The notes under the pieces are model-generated. The model made no database searches, was not told the DNA's origin, and worked only from the letters and a program-made list of their open reading frames with translations. Source: Candidatus Bathyarchaeia archaeon (GTDB taxonomy: Archaea; Thermoproteota; Bathyarchaeia; Bathyarchaeales; Bathycorpusculaceae). From it: 64,000 nucleotides of DNA. Both the position numbers and the translations under genes were made by a program. Positions 40,908 through 50,302 of this stretch are shown one piece after another (positions within the stretch are counted from its first letter, which is position 1; each line of letters starts with the position of its first letter). The DNA is taken from contig JBEKWR010000006.1 of the NCBI GenBank assembly GCA_049512935.1, positions 1 to 64,000 on the forward strand, given 5' to 3'.

Positions 40908-41261
40908 TTAGACATCCATTGGTTGTTGCACTGATTCTTCTAGGAATTGCTTGACTGGGCACAAGTTTTCTAGGGCTTTCCTTTTCACTGAAAAATCGTT
41001 AAGGTGCTTTTCCATGGTTTTGCTGCAGCGGGCGTATTCCTTGTAAGCGTCCAAATACTCGTGGCCTTTAACTGTTAATTTGTAGCGTTGATCATGGTTT
41101 TCGAAGGTGATGAGCAAGGCGTCGGTGACTTCGTTTAGGTACCGTTGAAGAACCTTGTAGCTTAGATTTGCTTGATACATTATCTGAGTTTTTTTAGCGT
41201 CTTGACTTGCGACGTTAAGAATGTCAGCTATTATGTCTAGTCTATCTCTATAATTACCCAA
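40908..41261 (-). CDS. Winged-helix transcriptional regulator (archaeal HTH_45-like)
   Basis: RDRLDIIADIL...KTQIMYQANLSY...YL...Y.LT.KG. Confidence 0.85.
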   Translation of the reverse strand: MGNYRDRLDIIADILNVASQDAKKTQIMYQANLSYKVLQRYLNEVTDALLITFENHDQRYKLTVKGHEYLDAYKEYARCSKTMEKHLNDFSVKRKALENLCPVKQFLEESVQQPMDV

Positions 41262-41301
41262 GCGATATTTCCCCTGAAAAATTACATAAAATTATTGAAA
41301 C

Positions 41302-41683
41302 TTAGATGTGAAGCCAGCCTCTTCCGTTTTTCTTGAATTGTTGTCTTTCTTTCTTTACTTCAGAATCGGGTTGAAGCCTTTTTCGTTGTGATTTTTGGCT
41401 GGTGATGTTCATTTTTACAAATTTTGTCCATCCGCCAACGTGTGGGTCTGGAGGGATGAATCTTTCGGCGTTTAAGACTTCGTGCTCTTCGAGGATTTCT
41501 TTAAAGTTTAGGGCTTTGAAATCGCGTGTTGCGTGGATTATGGTGCCTTTGTCGACGAAGAGCTGATTATAGTCGTTGAGTGCTATGCCTTCGGCTCTGA
41601 CTTTGTCATCTATCCTTTCGCGCCAGAGCCTTTTCCACTCGACTCTTAACTCTTCGACGAACTCTTTTTGTTTTATGGACATT
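41302..41683 (-). CDS. Hypothetical protein
   Basis: ORF 41302..41775; likely ATG (MSIKQKE) after GGAGG. Confidence 0.6.
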
Positions 41684-42108
41684 GCTACCAAAATCCCTCC
41701 ATGGCAGAAGTGGATTAGAAAAAACAAGTTTAGCCTGTTGTTGTTGACAAAACTATGGTGAGGACTGGTCCTCAAAATAATTAGAGTCTGGACGGCTTAT
41801 TTAAATTGACAGGATAAATTGTTCTATTCTTATCAAAAATTAGGAGTTTTTTTCTGTATCTTATTTCATTTTGTGGGTGATTATGTTATTGATTGCTATA
41901 GAACAAAGCCGTGTTCTTAATAGAAGAATCCTAGGCATGTTGCCTGTGGCGAGTGTGTTGCTGTTTGGAACACGTGTTTCGTTGGTTGAAGCTGCATTAG
42001 TAGGTGAATTTAATGATTCTATTAATGGTTATCCCTTGCTTCTTTACGTGTTTAGCTAGCTTGCAACGTTTAAATTCCACTTTGAGCATTTAGTCAGAAG
42101 GGATTATT

Positions 42109-43290
42109 ATGGCAAGGCAAATTTTTGCTGAAGATGTGTATTCGAAGGGCTTTAGCGGAGTTCAAGAGAACGATACGCTTTCCCGATGTTTAGAAGCGTT
42201 TGAAAAAGGAAGGCCGCCTGTCTTAGCTGTCTTAAATGACAAAGGAAAGTATGAAGGCATGATTACTCGCCGCGCGATTTTAAGGTCAAGATTGGACCTT
42301 AACGCCTCAAAAGTTAAGACGCTCATGAAGACTGCTCCTCCTGTGACTGTTGATTTTTCGCTTAGTAAAATGGCGAAGTTGATGATTGAGAGCGGGTTGA
42401 GGCAGCTTCCGGTTTTTGACAAGAGCAAGCTTTTGGGTTTTGTCACGGATGAGAACATTATTCATGCCGCCGTGATGCTGGAGTGGGGTGCCTCTAAGGT
42501 TGAGACGATTATGACTCGTGCGCCGCACACTCTTGAGGCTGACCGTTCTGTGGGTGCGGTTCTGAGTGTGATGCGTGAATACGGTGTCTCGCATGTTCCG
42601 ATCATGGAGGGCGGGAGGCTTGTGGGCATGATTAGTATTCAGGATATTTTGGAGAATATCTATTGGCCGCAGAGGCGTCAGACGACGGGGGACATTGTTG
42701 GGGAGAAGATTGAGACTTTGAGCGTTGCGGCTAAAGGCATCATGAGTCGGCCTGCGGTTACGGTTGATCCGCAGACGAGTTTGCGGGATGCTGAGAAGGC
42801 GATGCATGATCATGACATTTCCTGTTTGGCGATTACGTCGAACGAGCGGCTTGTGGGTGTTGTGACGAAGCTTGATTTTTTGGAGCCTATCAGCCAGTTG
42901 GAGGTGGCGGAGCGTAAGTTGTCGGTGCAGTTCGGTGTTAAGGAGGTGGAGATTTCGCCTGAGCAGCAGGCTTTCATGATGGAGGAGTTTGACTCGTTCA
43001 CGCGTAAGTATGAGGGCGCGTTCCAGCTGGGCACGTTGTTTGTGTACATGAAGAGTCATGGCAACACGAGTTTGCGTGGGACGCCGATGATTCAGTGTCG
43101 TCTGCAGTTTAGGACGGTTCGGGGCACTTTTGTCAGTGCGAGTGAAGGGTGGGGTGTTGAGCCCACGTTCAAGGTGGCTCTGGAGCGCCTCGACCGTAGG
43201 CTGCTGCGCAGCAAAGAGCTGCTGGCTTACAACCCCAGGTACGCGAGAGACTACCTGCGCAAGATCGGGCTGCCCCAGGAAGAATCATAA
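42109..43290 (+). CDS. Four-CBS-domain protein with C-terminal HPF/RaiA-like domain (putative ribosome hibernation factor)
   Basis: Four CBS motifs; C-terminal pattern LFVYMK...CRLQFRT.RGTFVSASEGW...FKVALERLDRRL. Confidence 0.7.
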   Translation: MARQIFAEDVYSKGFSGVQENDTLSRCLEAFEKGRPPVLAVLNDKGKYEGMITRRAILRSRLDLNASKVKTLMKTAPPVTVDFSLSKMAKLMIESGLRQLPVFDKSKLLGFVTDENIIHAAVMLEWGASKVETIMTRAPHTLEADRSVGAVLSVMREYGVSHVPIMEGGRLVGMISIQDILENIYWPQRRQTTGDIVGEKIETLSVAAKGIMSRPAVTVDPQTSLRDAEKAMHDHDISCLAITSNERLVGVVTKLDFLEPISQLEVAERKLSVQFGVKEVEISPEQQAFMMEEFDSFTRKYEGAFQLGTLFVYMKSHGNTSLRGTPMIQCRLQFRTVRGTFVSASEGWGVEPTFKVALERLDRRLLRSKELLAYNPRYARDYLRKIGLPQEES

Positions 43291-43440
43291 GCGTAGCCCT
43301 CCCCTTTTTCCCTGTTTGTTTTTAGGCTTGATGCTTTTTGTGTAGGTTTTTGGTTGTAAAAATGGGGGTAGGGGTCGGGTTTCTGGTTTTTTGTGTTTTG
43401 GGTTGCTTTTTTGGTTTAGAGCTTGGATTGGGCTCAGGTT

Positions 43441-43530
43441 AGGGTTGGGAAAGGCTAGAAAAGGTCTAAAAAGGTGTAAAAAGGTTTAAAACGATACGGA
43501 AAGATACAGAACGATACGGAAAGGTGCACC
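43441..43530. repeat. Phased 10-bp array upstream of AbrB-like copy 2
   Basis: agggttggga aaggctagaa aaggtctaaa aaggtgtaaa aaggtttaaa acgatacgga aagatacaga acgatacgga aaggtgcacc. Confidence 0.88.
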
Positions 43531-43534
43531 ATAC

Positions 43535-43939
43535 ATGCCGCTGAATGAGCAAGCAACATTCAAAACCAAACTGCAACGCCACAACAGGCTCACCGTCCCC
43601 AAACTCCTGCGGTGGCGCTACAAAATCGAACCCACCCAACTCCTAAAAGTCACCGTTAAACCGCTCAGCCCGCAGAGCTTCGGCGAAGAAGAAGAATTCC
43701 TCGCCAAAATGGCAGCCGACGGACGCCTCACCGTCCCGAAACTGACCATGGAAATCCTCCAAAAACAAGAAGAAAAAGACCTCACAGGCAGCATCTTCGA
43801 AGTAACAATCAACCCAGCAGACGAAGAGCCAAGCCGCGCCCAACCCTCAGCCGACGCTAGACCCCAAGAAAGCACCGAAACAAAACTCCTCGGCAAAATC
43901 AACGACATCCGAAAAAGCCTCAACAACAAAACCCCATAG
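43535..43939 (+). CDS. Tandem AbrB-like DNA-binding protein, copy 2
   Basis: Close paralogue of 16682..17083. Confidence 0.78.
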   Translation: MPLNEQATFKTKLQRHNRLTVPKLLRWRYKIEPTQLLKVTVKPLSPQSFGEEEEFLAKMAADGRLTVPKLTMEILQKQEEKDLTGSIFEVTINPADEEPSRAQPSADARPQESTETKLLGKINDIRKSLNNKTP

Positions 43940-44015
43940 CACTACCCTTCCTCAAAGACCCAGAGAACCAAGTAGGAACCAAACAATTCATCAAAAAGCT
44001 TGGTACTTAGCTAAA

Positions 44016-44065
44016 GAGCTTCGGATGGGAATTGAACCCGTCTATAACAGCTCTGCAGAGTTGTC
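44016..44065 (-). pseudogene. Degenerate tRNA-Cys 3' portion (anticodon loop to discriminator)
   Basis: Minus strand: CTGCAGA-GCTGT...ACGGG-TTCAATT-CCCAT-CCGAAGC-T. Confidence 0.65.
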
Positions 44066-44100
44066 TATTGTTGATGCAAGCGTTTAGGCTTAGTGGTCGT

Positions 44101-44433
44101 TTAGTCTGTCGTTTTTTTTCCCGCTCTCTTGTAGAAGTTCTTCATGTCTTCCTCTAAATCTTCTCTATCGTATTGAGAGACCGTTTTCTTCTGCTTGAAA
44201 TAGTCCATCATCTCTCTAACAGACACGCCAGAGTCCATTGCAGCCCGCTCCAAAGTTATTGATCCATCAGCATAACGTTTCGCCGCGTACTCTTTCTTCC
44301 AGTCCATCACAGCCTTGTAGAGGAGCTTTCTAAGTACAGTTGAGCGGTCTGTTTGCTCCACGCCCTCTATCTTCTTAATGTCCGATACTAAGGTTTCAGG
44401 CAGTCTTGCAGCAACCATCTCTTCCTTCTTCAT
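44101..44433 (-). CDS. UPF0175-like antitoxin (RHH + HTH)
   Basis: ARLPE...DRSTVLRKLL; Y..G.ITLERAA..SGVS. Confidence 0.8.
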   Translation of the reverse strand: MKKEEMVAARLPETLVSDIKKIEGVEQTDRSTVLRKLLYKAVMDWKKEYAAKRYADGSITLERAAMDSGVSVREMMDYFKQKKTVSQYDREDLEEDMKNFYKRAGKKTTD

Positions 44434-44948
44434 TTTCTCACCTTCCTAGCCATGTTAATAATCTCAGTTGTAACATCCGTAGATATCCACATCACCTTTG
44501 CCAGTTTAGCAAAGTCTTCAACCAACTCATCGTAATTAATCAGTTTACAAACGAACGCTTCGTACAACACCATAACGGTGCCTCTATACTCCAAATCCCA
44601 ACTCTTCGCAATGGCTCGGGCTTCTTTATCATCGAGTATTATGAGTGCTTTTTCATCTTTTGCAAGAGTTAAAGCTTCAGCCTCGCCTAAACCAATCCTC
44701 ATCTCACCAATTAGCCTCTGCACTGTTTCATCTTGGCTCTCTGTTGGTTCGGTTACTGTGATCCAGCCTTCCTCAATGGCTTTTTCAATTTCTAAAGCAT
44801 CACTGGCGCCAAGCTCCTTTCCTTTGTCCACACTTTCAACCTTCACTGAGTGCGAGATTATGACTGTACCGTAAAGATCCCGTAGCAGTTTTAGCCTTCC
44901 GATCTTAGCTAAACAGATTAACGGTGACGTATTCGATGTTACTTTCAT
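44430..44948 (-). CDS. PIN-domain protein (DUF3368-like)
   Basis: SNTSPLI.LAKIG.L.LL, GEAEAL.LA, LDDKEAR, GT. Confidence 0.88.
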   Translation of the reverse strand: MKVTSNTSPLICLAKIGRLKLLRDLYGTVIISHSVKVESVDKGKELGASDALEIEKAIEEGWITVTEPTESQDETVQRLIGEMRIGLGEAEALTLAKDEKALIILDDKEARAIAKSWDLEYRGTVMVLYEAFVCKLINYDELVEDFAKLAKVMWISTDVTTEIINMARKVRK

Positions 44949-45027
44949 ACATTAATTATTGCGAAAATAAGATATTTAAATGTTAACAATCTACACAAAT
45001 GTTAACAAACTCATCTAGGCACATTAA

Positions 45028-45053
45028 GAGCGGTGGATGGGAATTGAACCCAT
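45028..45053 (-). other. tRNA 3'-end remnant (att-like, Cys-type U73)
   Basis: Minus strand: ATGGG-TTCAATT-CCCAT perfect T-arm, then CCACCGC-T. Confidence 0.65.
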
Positions 45054-45220
45054 AAAATTTGGTGGTTCAGGTTTTTGTGAAATTAATAGGTTTTTGACCG
45101 TTGAAAGTGCGGTTTTTTTCAAGCAATATTTATATCAAAAGCGCTGCAATTCGTACCAATTAAACTGTATGTCGCCGCGCACGGTCTGTTCGGTGCGATG
45201 GGAACCCTTGGTGTGAACGT

Positions 45221-46159
45221 ATGCCGTTTAAAACCGTAAAGAAGGATGCGGCAGATGCCTTAACGATAGAATGGGGTTTGCAAGTTAAAAATTACAAGTT
45301 AACCCTTGACAAGAAACGCTGCGTCAGCTGCCAAATATGCAGTTTAGCCTGCCCGAAAGAGGCGATAACAGTGCAGAAGCAGCCTAAAGTTGCGGGGGAA
45401 AAAGCCAAAAGAGCCAAAGTCGACGTTGACTTGGCGAAGTGCAATTTCTGCGGAATCTGCGACGTCACATGCCCCTACGGCGCAATCAGGGTTACTTTGA
45501 ACGACAAGCACGAGCTTAACCTTCTGGCGAAGGACAGCTTTCCACAGCTTGTCAGGGACATAAAAGTTGACACGCGCCACTGCACCAAAGAATGCGTCGA
45601 ATGCGAAACAGCCTGTCCCTTAGGGTTGATAACGGTGTCTAAAGTCGGTTTTGACGGCAAACCAGTGGAAAACGTTGATGCCCTGTCGCCGAGCGCTAAA
45701 GACCGCGTTCAGGTTAGCCTCGCCATCAAAAGCGAGTACTGCCCAACTTGCAGGGTGTGCGAGTTCAAATGCAGCCCAGGCACCATAAAAGTCAAGAAAG
45801 CCTACGACGGCGTAATCGCCATCACACAGGAAAAATGCCCAGAAGGCTGCACAGACTGCCTTGACGTTTGCCCAATCCCAGGCGCGCTTGTTCTCGAAGA
45901 AGACAAGAAAGTTCATGTTAACGATTTGTTCTGCACTTACTGCGGCGCATGCAAAAACGTTTGCCCCGTTCCCGAAGCCCTCATGGTTAAACGCACGGCA
46001 ATACACCACACACCCATCCATTCAGGCGCGTGGAACAAAGCCTTAGAAAGATTAACCTCGCCAGCTGACGCGGCTAAAGAGTTCCGAAGCGTGGCTGGTG
46101 AGAGCAGGCGCAAGGCAGTAGGTAAAAGATTCCCAGCCTTTGAGGAGACGGAAAAATGA
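45221..46159 (+). CDS. Polyferredoxin (MvhB/FwdF-like, about six 4Fe-4S motifs)
   Basis: Repeated CxxCxxCxxxCP motifs; directly upstream of hdrA. Confidence 0.9.
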   Translation: MPFKTVKKDAADALTIEWGLQVKNYKLTLDKKRCVSCQICSLACPKEAITVQKQPKVAGEKAKRAKVDVDLAKCNFCGICDVTCPYGAIRVTLNDKHELNLLAKDSFPQLVRDIKVDTRHCTKECVECETACPLGLITVSKVGFDGKPVENVDALSPSAKDRVQVSLAIKSEYCPTCRVCEFKCSPGTIKVKKAYDGVIAITQEKCPEGCTDCLDVCPIPGALVLEEDKKVHVNDLFCTYCGACKNVCPVPEALMVKRTAIHHTPIHSGAWNKALERLTSPADAAKEFRSVAGESRRKAVGKRFPAFEETEK

Positions 46160-46205
46160 GCACATCACAAACTTCCAAAAGATTCAACTTAGAGGAGATA
46201 ATGAA

Positions 46206-48713
46206 ATGAGCAAACCAGAAGCCCCAAAACAACCCGAAACCCAAAAACCAGAAGAACTGCGGATCGGCGTTTTCATCTGCCACTGCGGCATGAACATCGC
46301 AGGAACCGTGGACGTACCATCAGTCGCCGAGTACGCAAGAACCATACCCGACGTAGTCTACGTTAAAGAAAACCGCTACACCTGCGCTGACCCGGGACAA
46401 GAAGAAATCAGAAAAGCAATAAAAGAACAAAAATTGAACCGTGTCGTCGTAGCCGCTTGTAGCCCAAGGATGCATGAGCCAACATTTCGGAAAACCGTAA
46501 GTGAAGCAGGGTTAAATCCCTATGTGTTTGAAATGGCGAACATACGCGAGTTCGCTTCTTGGTGCCATCCCAATGCTCCAAAAGAAGCCACAGCAAAAGC
46601 AAAAGATATCGTAAGGATGGCTGTCGCCAAGGCGAGGCTGCTTAAGCCTCTTGAAACCATGGAGGTTCCTGTAACCAAAAACGCCTTGGTTATCGGCGGC
46701 GGCATTGCCGGCATCAACTCCGCTCTGGATTTGGCGAATATGGGGTTCCAAGTATACCTTGTCGAGAAGAACACGAGCATAGGAGGACACATGGCACAGC
46801 TCGACAAGACTTTTCCGACTTTGGATTGCAGCATATGAATTGAAGGACCTAGGATGGTGGAGGTAAATCGCCATCCTAAGGTCCAAGTAATAACCAATGC
46901 GGACATCCTCAGTGTGGAGGGGTTTGTAGGCAATTTCAAAGTTAAGGTCCGCAAGAACCCAAAGTACGTTGATGCCAAAAAATGTACTGGCTGCGGGGAA
47001 TGCAAAGACGCCTGCCCAATAGAATATCCCAATGAGTGGGATATGAACTTAGGCGTAAGAAAAGCCATCTCCATTCCGTTTGACCAAGCAGTGCCTCTGA
47101 TCTACTCGATAAACAGGGATTACTGCATAGAGTGCTTCAAATGCGTGGATGCCTGTGGTGCGCGTGAAGCCATCAACTTTGACCAAAAGCCCGAAGAAGT
47201 TGAATTGGACGTTGGAGCAATCATTGTAACAACGGGTTGTGACATTTATCTACCATATGATGACGCCACGTACGGCTATGGAAGATACGATAACGTAGTT
47301 ACAGCTTTGGAGTTTGAGAGACTCATCACAGCGGGCGGTCCAACAAGTGGACACGTAGTCCGCTCATCCGATGGAAAGACACCGAAAAGCGTTGCCATCA
47401 TTCAATGCGTCGGTTCAAGGGACGTAAACAAGTACGAATACTGTTCAGGTTTCTGCTGCATGTATGGGCTCAAAGAAGCCATCCTTCTGAAAGAACATTA
47501 CCATGATGACGTGGAAGTCTACATTTTCTACATGGATATGCGCACTCCCGCCAAAGGTTATGAAGAATTCTATCGACGAGCCCGTGAAAAGGGAATTACC
47601 TTCGTCATGGGAAAGCCGTCCCGAATAATGGAAGACCCAAAGACCAAAAATTTGATTATCCGAGCAGAGGACACGAAGCTGGGGCAGCCCATCGAAGTCG
47701 AAGCGGAGATGGTTGTGTTAAGCACAGCCGCCATACCGAGTAAGGGAGCCGAAGAATTGGCCAGCATCCTCCACATAACGCGAGGGTCAGACGGGTTCTT
47801 CATGGAAAGTCACCCGAAACTCAAACCAATGGACACGCCTATGGACGGAGTATTCCTAGCAGGTGCTTGCCAAGGACCAAAGGACATACCCTACAGCGTA
47901 GCCCAAGGAAGCGGCGCGGCTTCAAGAGCTGCCACCATTCTTTCGCAGCCGAAATGGAAGATAGAACCGATTGTCTCCATCGTTGACGTCGCCAAATGCA
48001 GAAACCCGAAAGCAAAGTGCGGTGTATGCGTGAAAAGCTGCCCCTTCGGAGCCATAACCGCGGTTGAGGGGCAACCAGCCCAGATCAACGCAGCTCAGTG
48101 CCATGGCTGCGGAACATGCGTTGCTGAATGCCCACAAGACGCCATAACCCAGATGCACTTTACGGATGAACAAATAACCTCACAAATCAGAGCCGCGCTG
48201 GAAAGGGACCCTGAAGACATTATACTGACGTTTATGTGTAACTGGTGAGGTTACGCCGGCGCGGACCGAGCGGGGACGAGCCGGCTTGAATACCCTCCGA
48301 CGACGAGGGCTATTCGGGTAATGTGCACAGGACGGGTAGACAGAGACTTCGTCATGGAAGCCTTTAGACTGGGAGCCGGAGGCGTATTGATTACCGCCTG
48401 CCATCTTCCCAACGACTGCCACTACATCTCTGGAAACGTCAGGATGAAAGCGCGCATGGATGCCTTAGCTGGCATGCTTCAAAAGCTTGGATTGAGCCCG
48501 CATAGATTCAGGGTTGAGTACGTTTCGTCAGCTGAAGGAGAGAAATTCGTCAGCATCATCAAGGAAATGACTAGTCAAATGCAAGCTTTAGGCAAAGACA
48601 AGATACTCGCGGAAAACGCAAAGCTTCGACCAACCTTAGAGAACATGCTGAAACGCAAAGCAGCCGCCCCAGCCCCTGCAGCTAAACCCGCCGATCAAGC
48701 ACCCGCAAAGTAG
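46206..48713 (+). CDS. hdrA: HdrA-MvhD fusion selenoprotein (835 aa; Sec at residues 211 and 681)
   Basis: Track ORFs 46140.., 46854.. and 48321.. are one frame broken only by TGA at 46836-38 ([18 protein letters not shown]) and 48246-48 (FMCNW-U-GYAGAD). HdrA motifs [30 protein letters not shown]; MvhD motifs MCTGRV, CHY. ATG 46206 has a GGAG RBS. Confidence 0.92.
46845..46884 (+). promoter_or_regulatory. Candidate Sec-recoding hairpin 6 nt 3' of the first UGA
   Basis: GGACCT-AGGATGGTG-loop(GAGGTAAAT)-CGCCATCCT-A-AGGTCC: 15 bp, one G-U, one bulged A. Confidence 0.7.
48255..48285 (+). promoter_or_regulatory. Candidate Sec-recoding hairpin 6 nt 3' of the second UGA
   Basis: GCCGGC/GCCGGC 6-bp GC stem, G-A mismatch, CG/CG, internal loop, CC-GAGC-GG. 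Confidence 0.5.
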
Positions 48714-49114
48714 GCAAAGAATTGGCTCCTGAGCCATTGCGGTTGGGTGGAAGGTTCTTGTGGCAGTATGGGCTGTTCGATACGGATATCTTTAGCCTTG
48801 GCGGTAAGCTCAACACCTAGAGCCTTGACTTTCTGGGTCTTGTCATCTATAATAGCTCACTTTCAACATGTATAATCAACTTATCTTTTTGTGAATTGGC
48901 TAACTGTTAAGAGTCAACTAATGTCAGGAAGTGCCTGCAGATCCTTTCCTCGATTATCTAAAGCACAAGTTTTAAAAACAAATTAAACAATACCAGAATT
49001 TGTCCTCTATTTAATTGCTGAAGGACTGGGAAGATAATCCGATCCAGATGGAAATGCCTCACAATTCTCTGTTTAATACTTATCTTAGTCGCAAGCTTAG
49101 GTTTACCCGCTAAA

Positions 49115-50215
49115 GTGAAAGCACAATCAAATGGATTAACCCAACAGATTCCGCCGATGGACTTACACCCCGTAACGACTCAGCCTCAGCCTGATGGCGG
49201 CTTCATTAAAGATTGTGGTGTTTCTCAAGACGATGTCTGCAGCTCAAGCTGGATGGTATGGAGGGATTACACGCAGATGGGCAACCCGCTAACTGAGAAA
49301 CTGGAGGGTGGCTTTGGAGAAACCGTCAACGGAACTGAGTTTACTCTGGGCTTCGGTCTAACCTCATTTATTCCTCCACCCCAAGCCCCAAATATTCCGG
49401 TGGGAACGATAAGCCAGACAACAGACAACCCATGCGGAATCTGGATAAGCTGCCAGTACGGAGCATTCCCAATCTGGCTCTACAATGCCACAGACGTGAC
49501 AACAAATTCAGGTCAGGTCACAACAGTCAATGGGTTGCCGAGTGTCACACTTAATGAGACATTCAGCAACATCCAGCTCGACACAGGCGGGCACGGTGAC
49601 TCCACAGTGAATCTTGTTGTAAGCCAACAAATAACTGGTAACGCCACCACCATGATAGCTCAAGTCAATGTCTACGCCGACCTGAGCAACATGCACTTTT
49701 ACCTGCCTGACGGCACAGAGATACCGCAGGGCACCGACTACTCACTTAACCTCCTGTGGATAACTGGATTATCCAATGGAACCGAGTCGGCACAGCTCGG
49801 ATACTTTACTGCTTATCCATATACAATCATCGGGAACTCATTATACTTCATTGTGAACGGCGAAGTAGGCAACATTGCAGGCATAACTTTAAGCGACAAA
49901 TACGTGGAAAGCCAAGGTGCAAATCAAATGTCAAGCCGCCAAGCACAAGTCCAGTTCATAAGCACTAACGCAACTGTGGGTGCACATCGTGCACCAGAGT
50001 GCCTCTGTCTCCAAACGTTCCCAAACCTGACCTACGGAGTTACTACTAGCGTGCAGAGCGACCCCACCATCTACATGAACCATGCATTAATGTCGACTCT
50101 TCCCCTAATCACTCTCATTGTTGTCGTGGCTGTTGTAATTGCTGCATGCGTCGTTCTTTTCCGATATCGAAAAAGATTCAGGAAGGGAGCTAAAAAAATA
50201 AATGCCGAAACTTAA
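49115..50215 (+). CDS. Hypothetical secreted/surface protein with C-terminal TM anchor
   Basis: Thr/Asn-rich ectodomain, C-terminal TM then RYRKRFRK; open frame extends upstream through a signal-peptide-like stretch to about 49034. Confidence 0.75.
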   Translation: MKAQSNGLTQQIPPMDLHPVTTQPQPDGGFIKDCGVSQDDVCSSSWMVWRDYTQMGNPLTEKLEGGFGETVNGTEFTLGFGLTSFIPPPQAPNIPVGTISQTTDNPCGIWISCQYGAFPIWLYNATDVTTNSGQVTTVNGLPSVTLNETFSNIQLDTGGHGDSTVNLVVSQQITGNATTMIAQVNVYADLSNMHFYLPDGTEIPQGTDYSLNLLWITGLSNGTESAQLGYFTAYPYTIIGNSLYFIVNGEVGNIAGITLSDKYVESQGANQMSSRQAQVQFISTNATVGAHRAPECLCLQTFPNLTYGVTTSVQSDPTIYMNHALMSTLPLITLIVVVAVVIAACVVLFRYRKRFRKGAKKINAET

Positions 50216-50302
50216 TGCTTAATGAAATCCCAAGCTTGTGGCTTGATAGTATTCTGGGACTTTTCTTAATCTAATCATTAAAATCACCCAACGCGCGTTT
50301 CT

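Larger units (their letters stand above)
43333..44041. repeat. Right arm of ~700-bp inverted repeat (partner 16587..17285)
   Basis: Reverse-complement similarity to the left arm. Confidence 0.92.

Noticed and set aside
42307-43059. 250-aa His/Leu-rich antisense ORF
   Set aside because: Shadow of the CBS protein caused by codon bias; no motifs.
45175-45200. CGCAC...GTGCG hairpin in the 5' UTR of the polyferredoxin-hdrA operon as a SECIS
   Set aside because: Only a 5-bp stem and lacks the GAA/A or UGA/GA core.
46157-46159. Sec read-through of the polyferredoxin TGA stop
   Set aside because: Not at a Cys-motif position, no +6 hairpin, and a TAG follows about 10 codons later.
46836-48248. hdrA as a nonsense-disrupted pseudogene or three separate genes
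   Set aside because: Both stops are TGA, in frame, at conserved Cys/Sec positions, and Sec machinery is adjacent.
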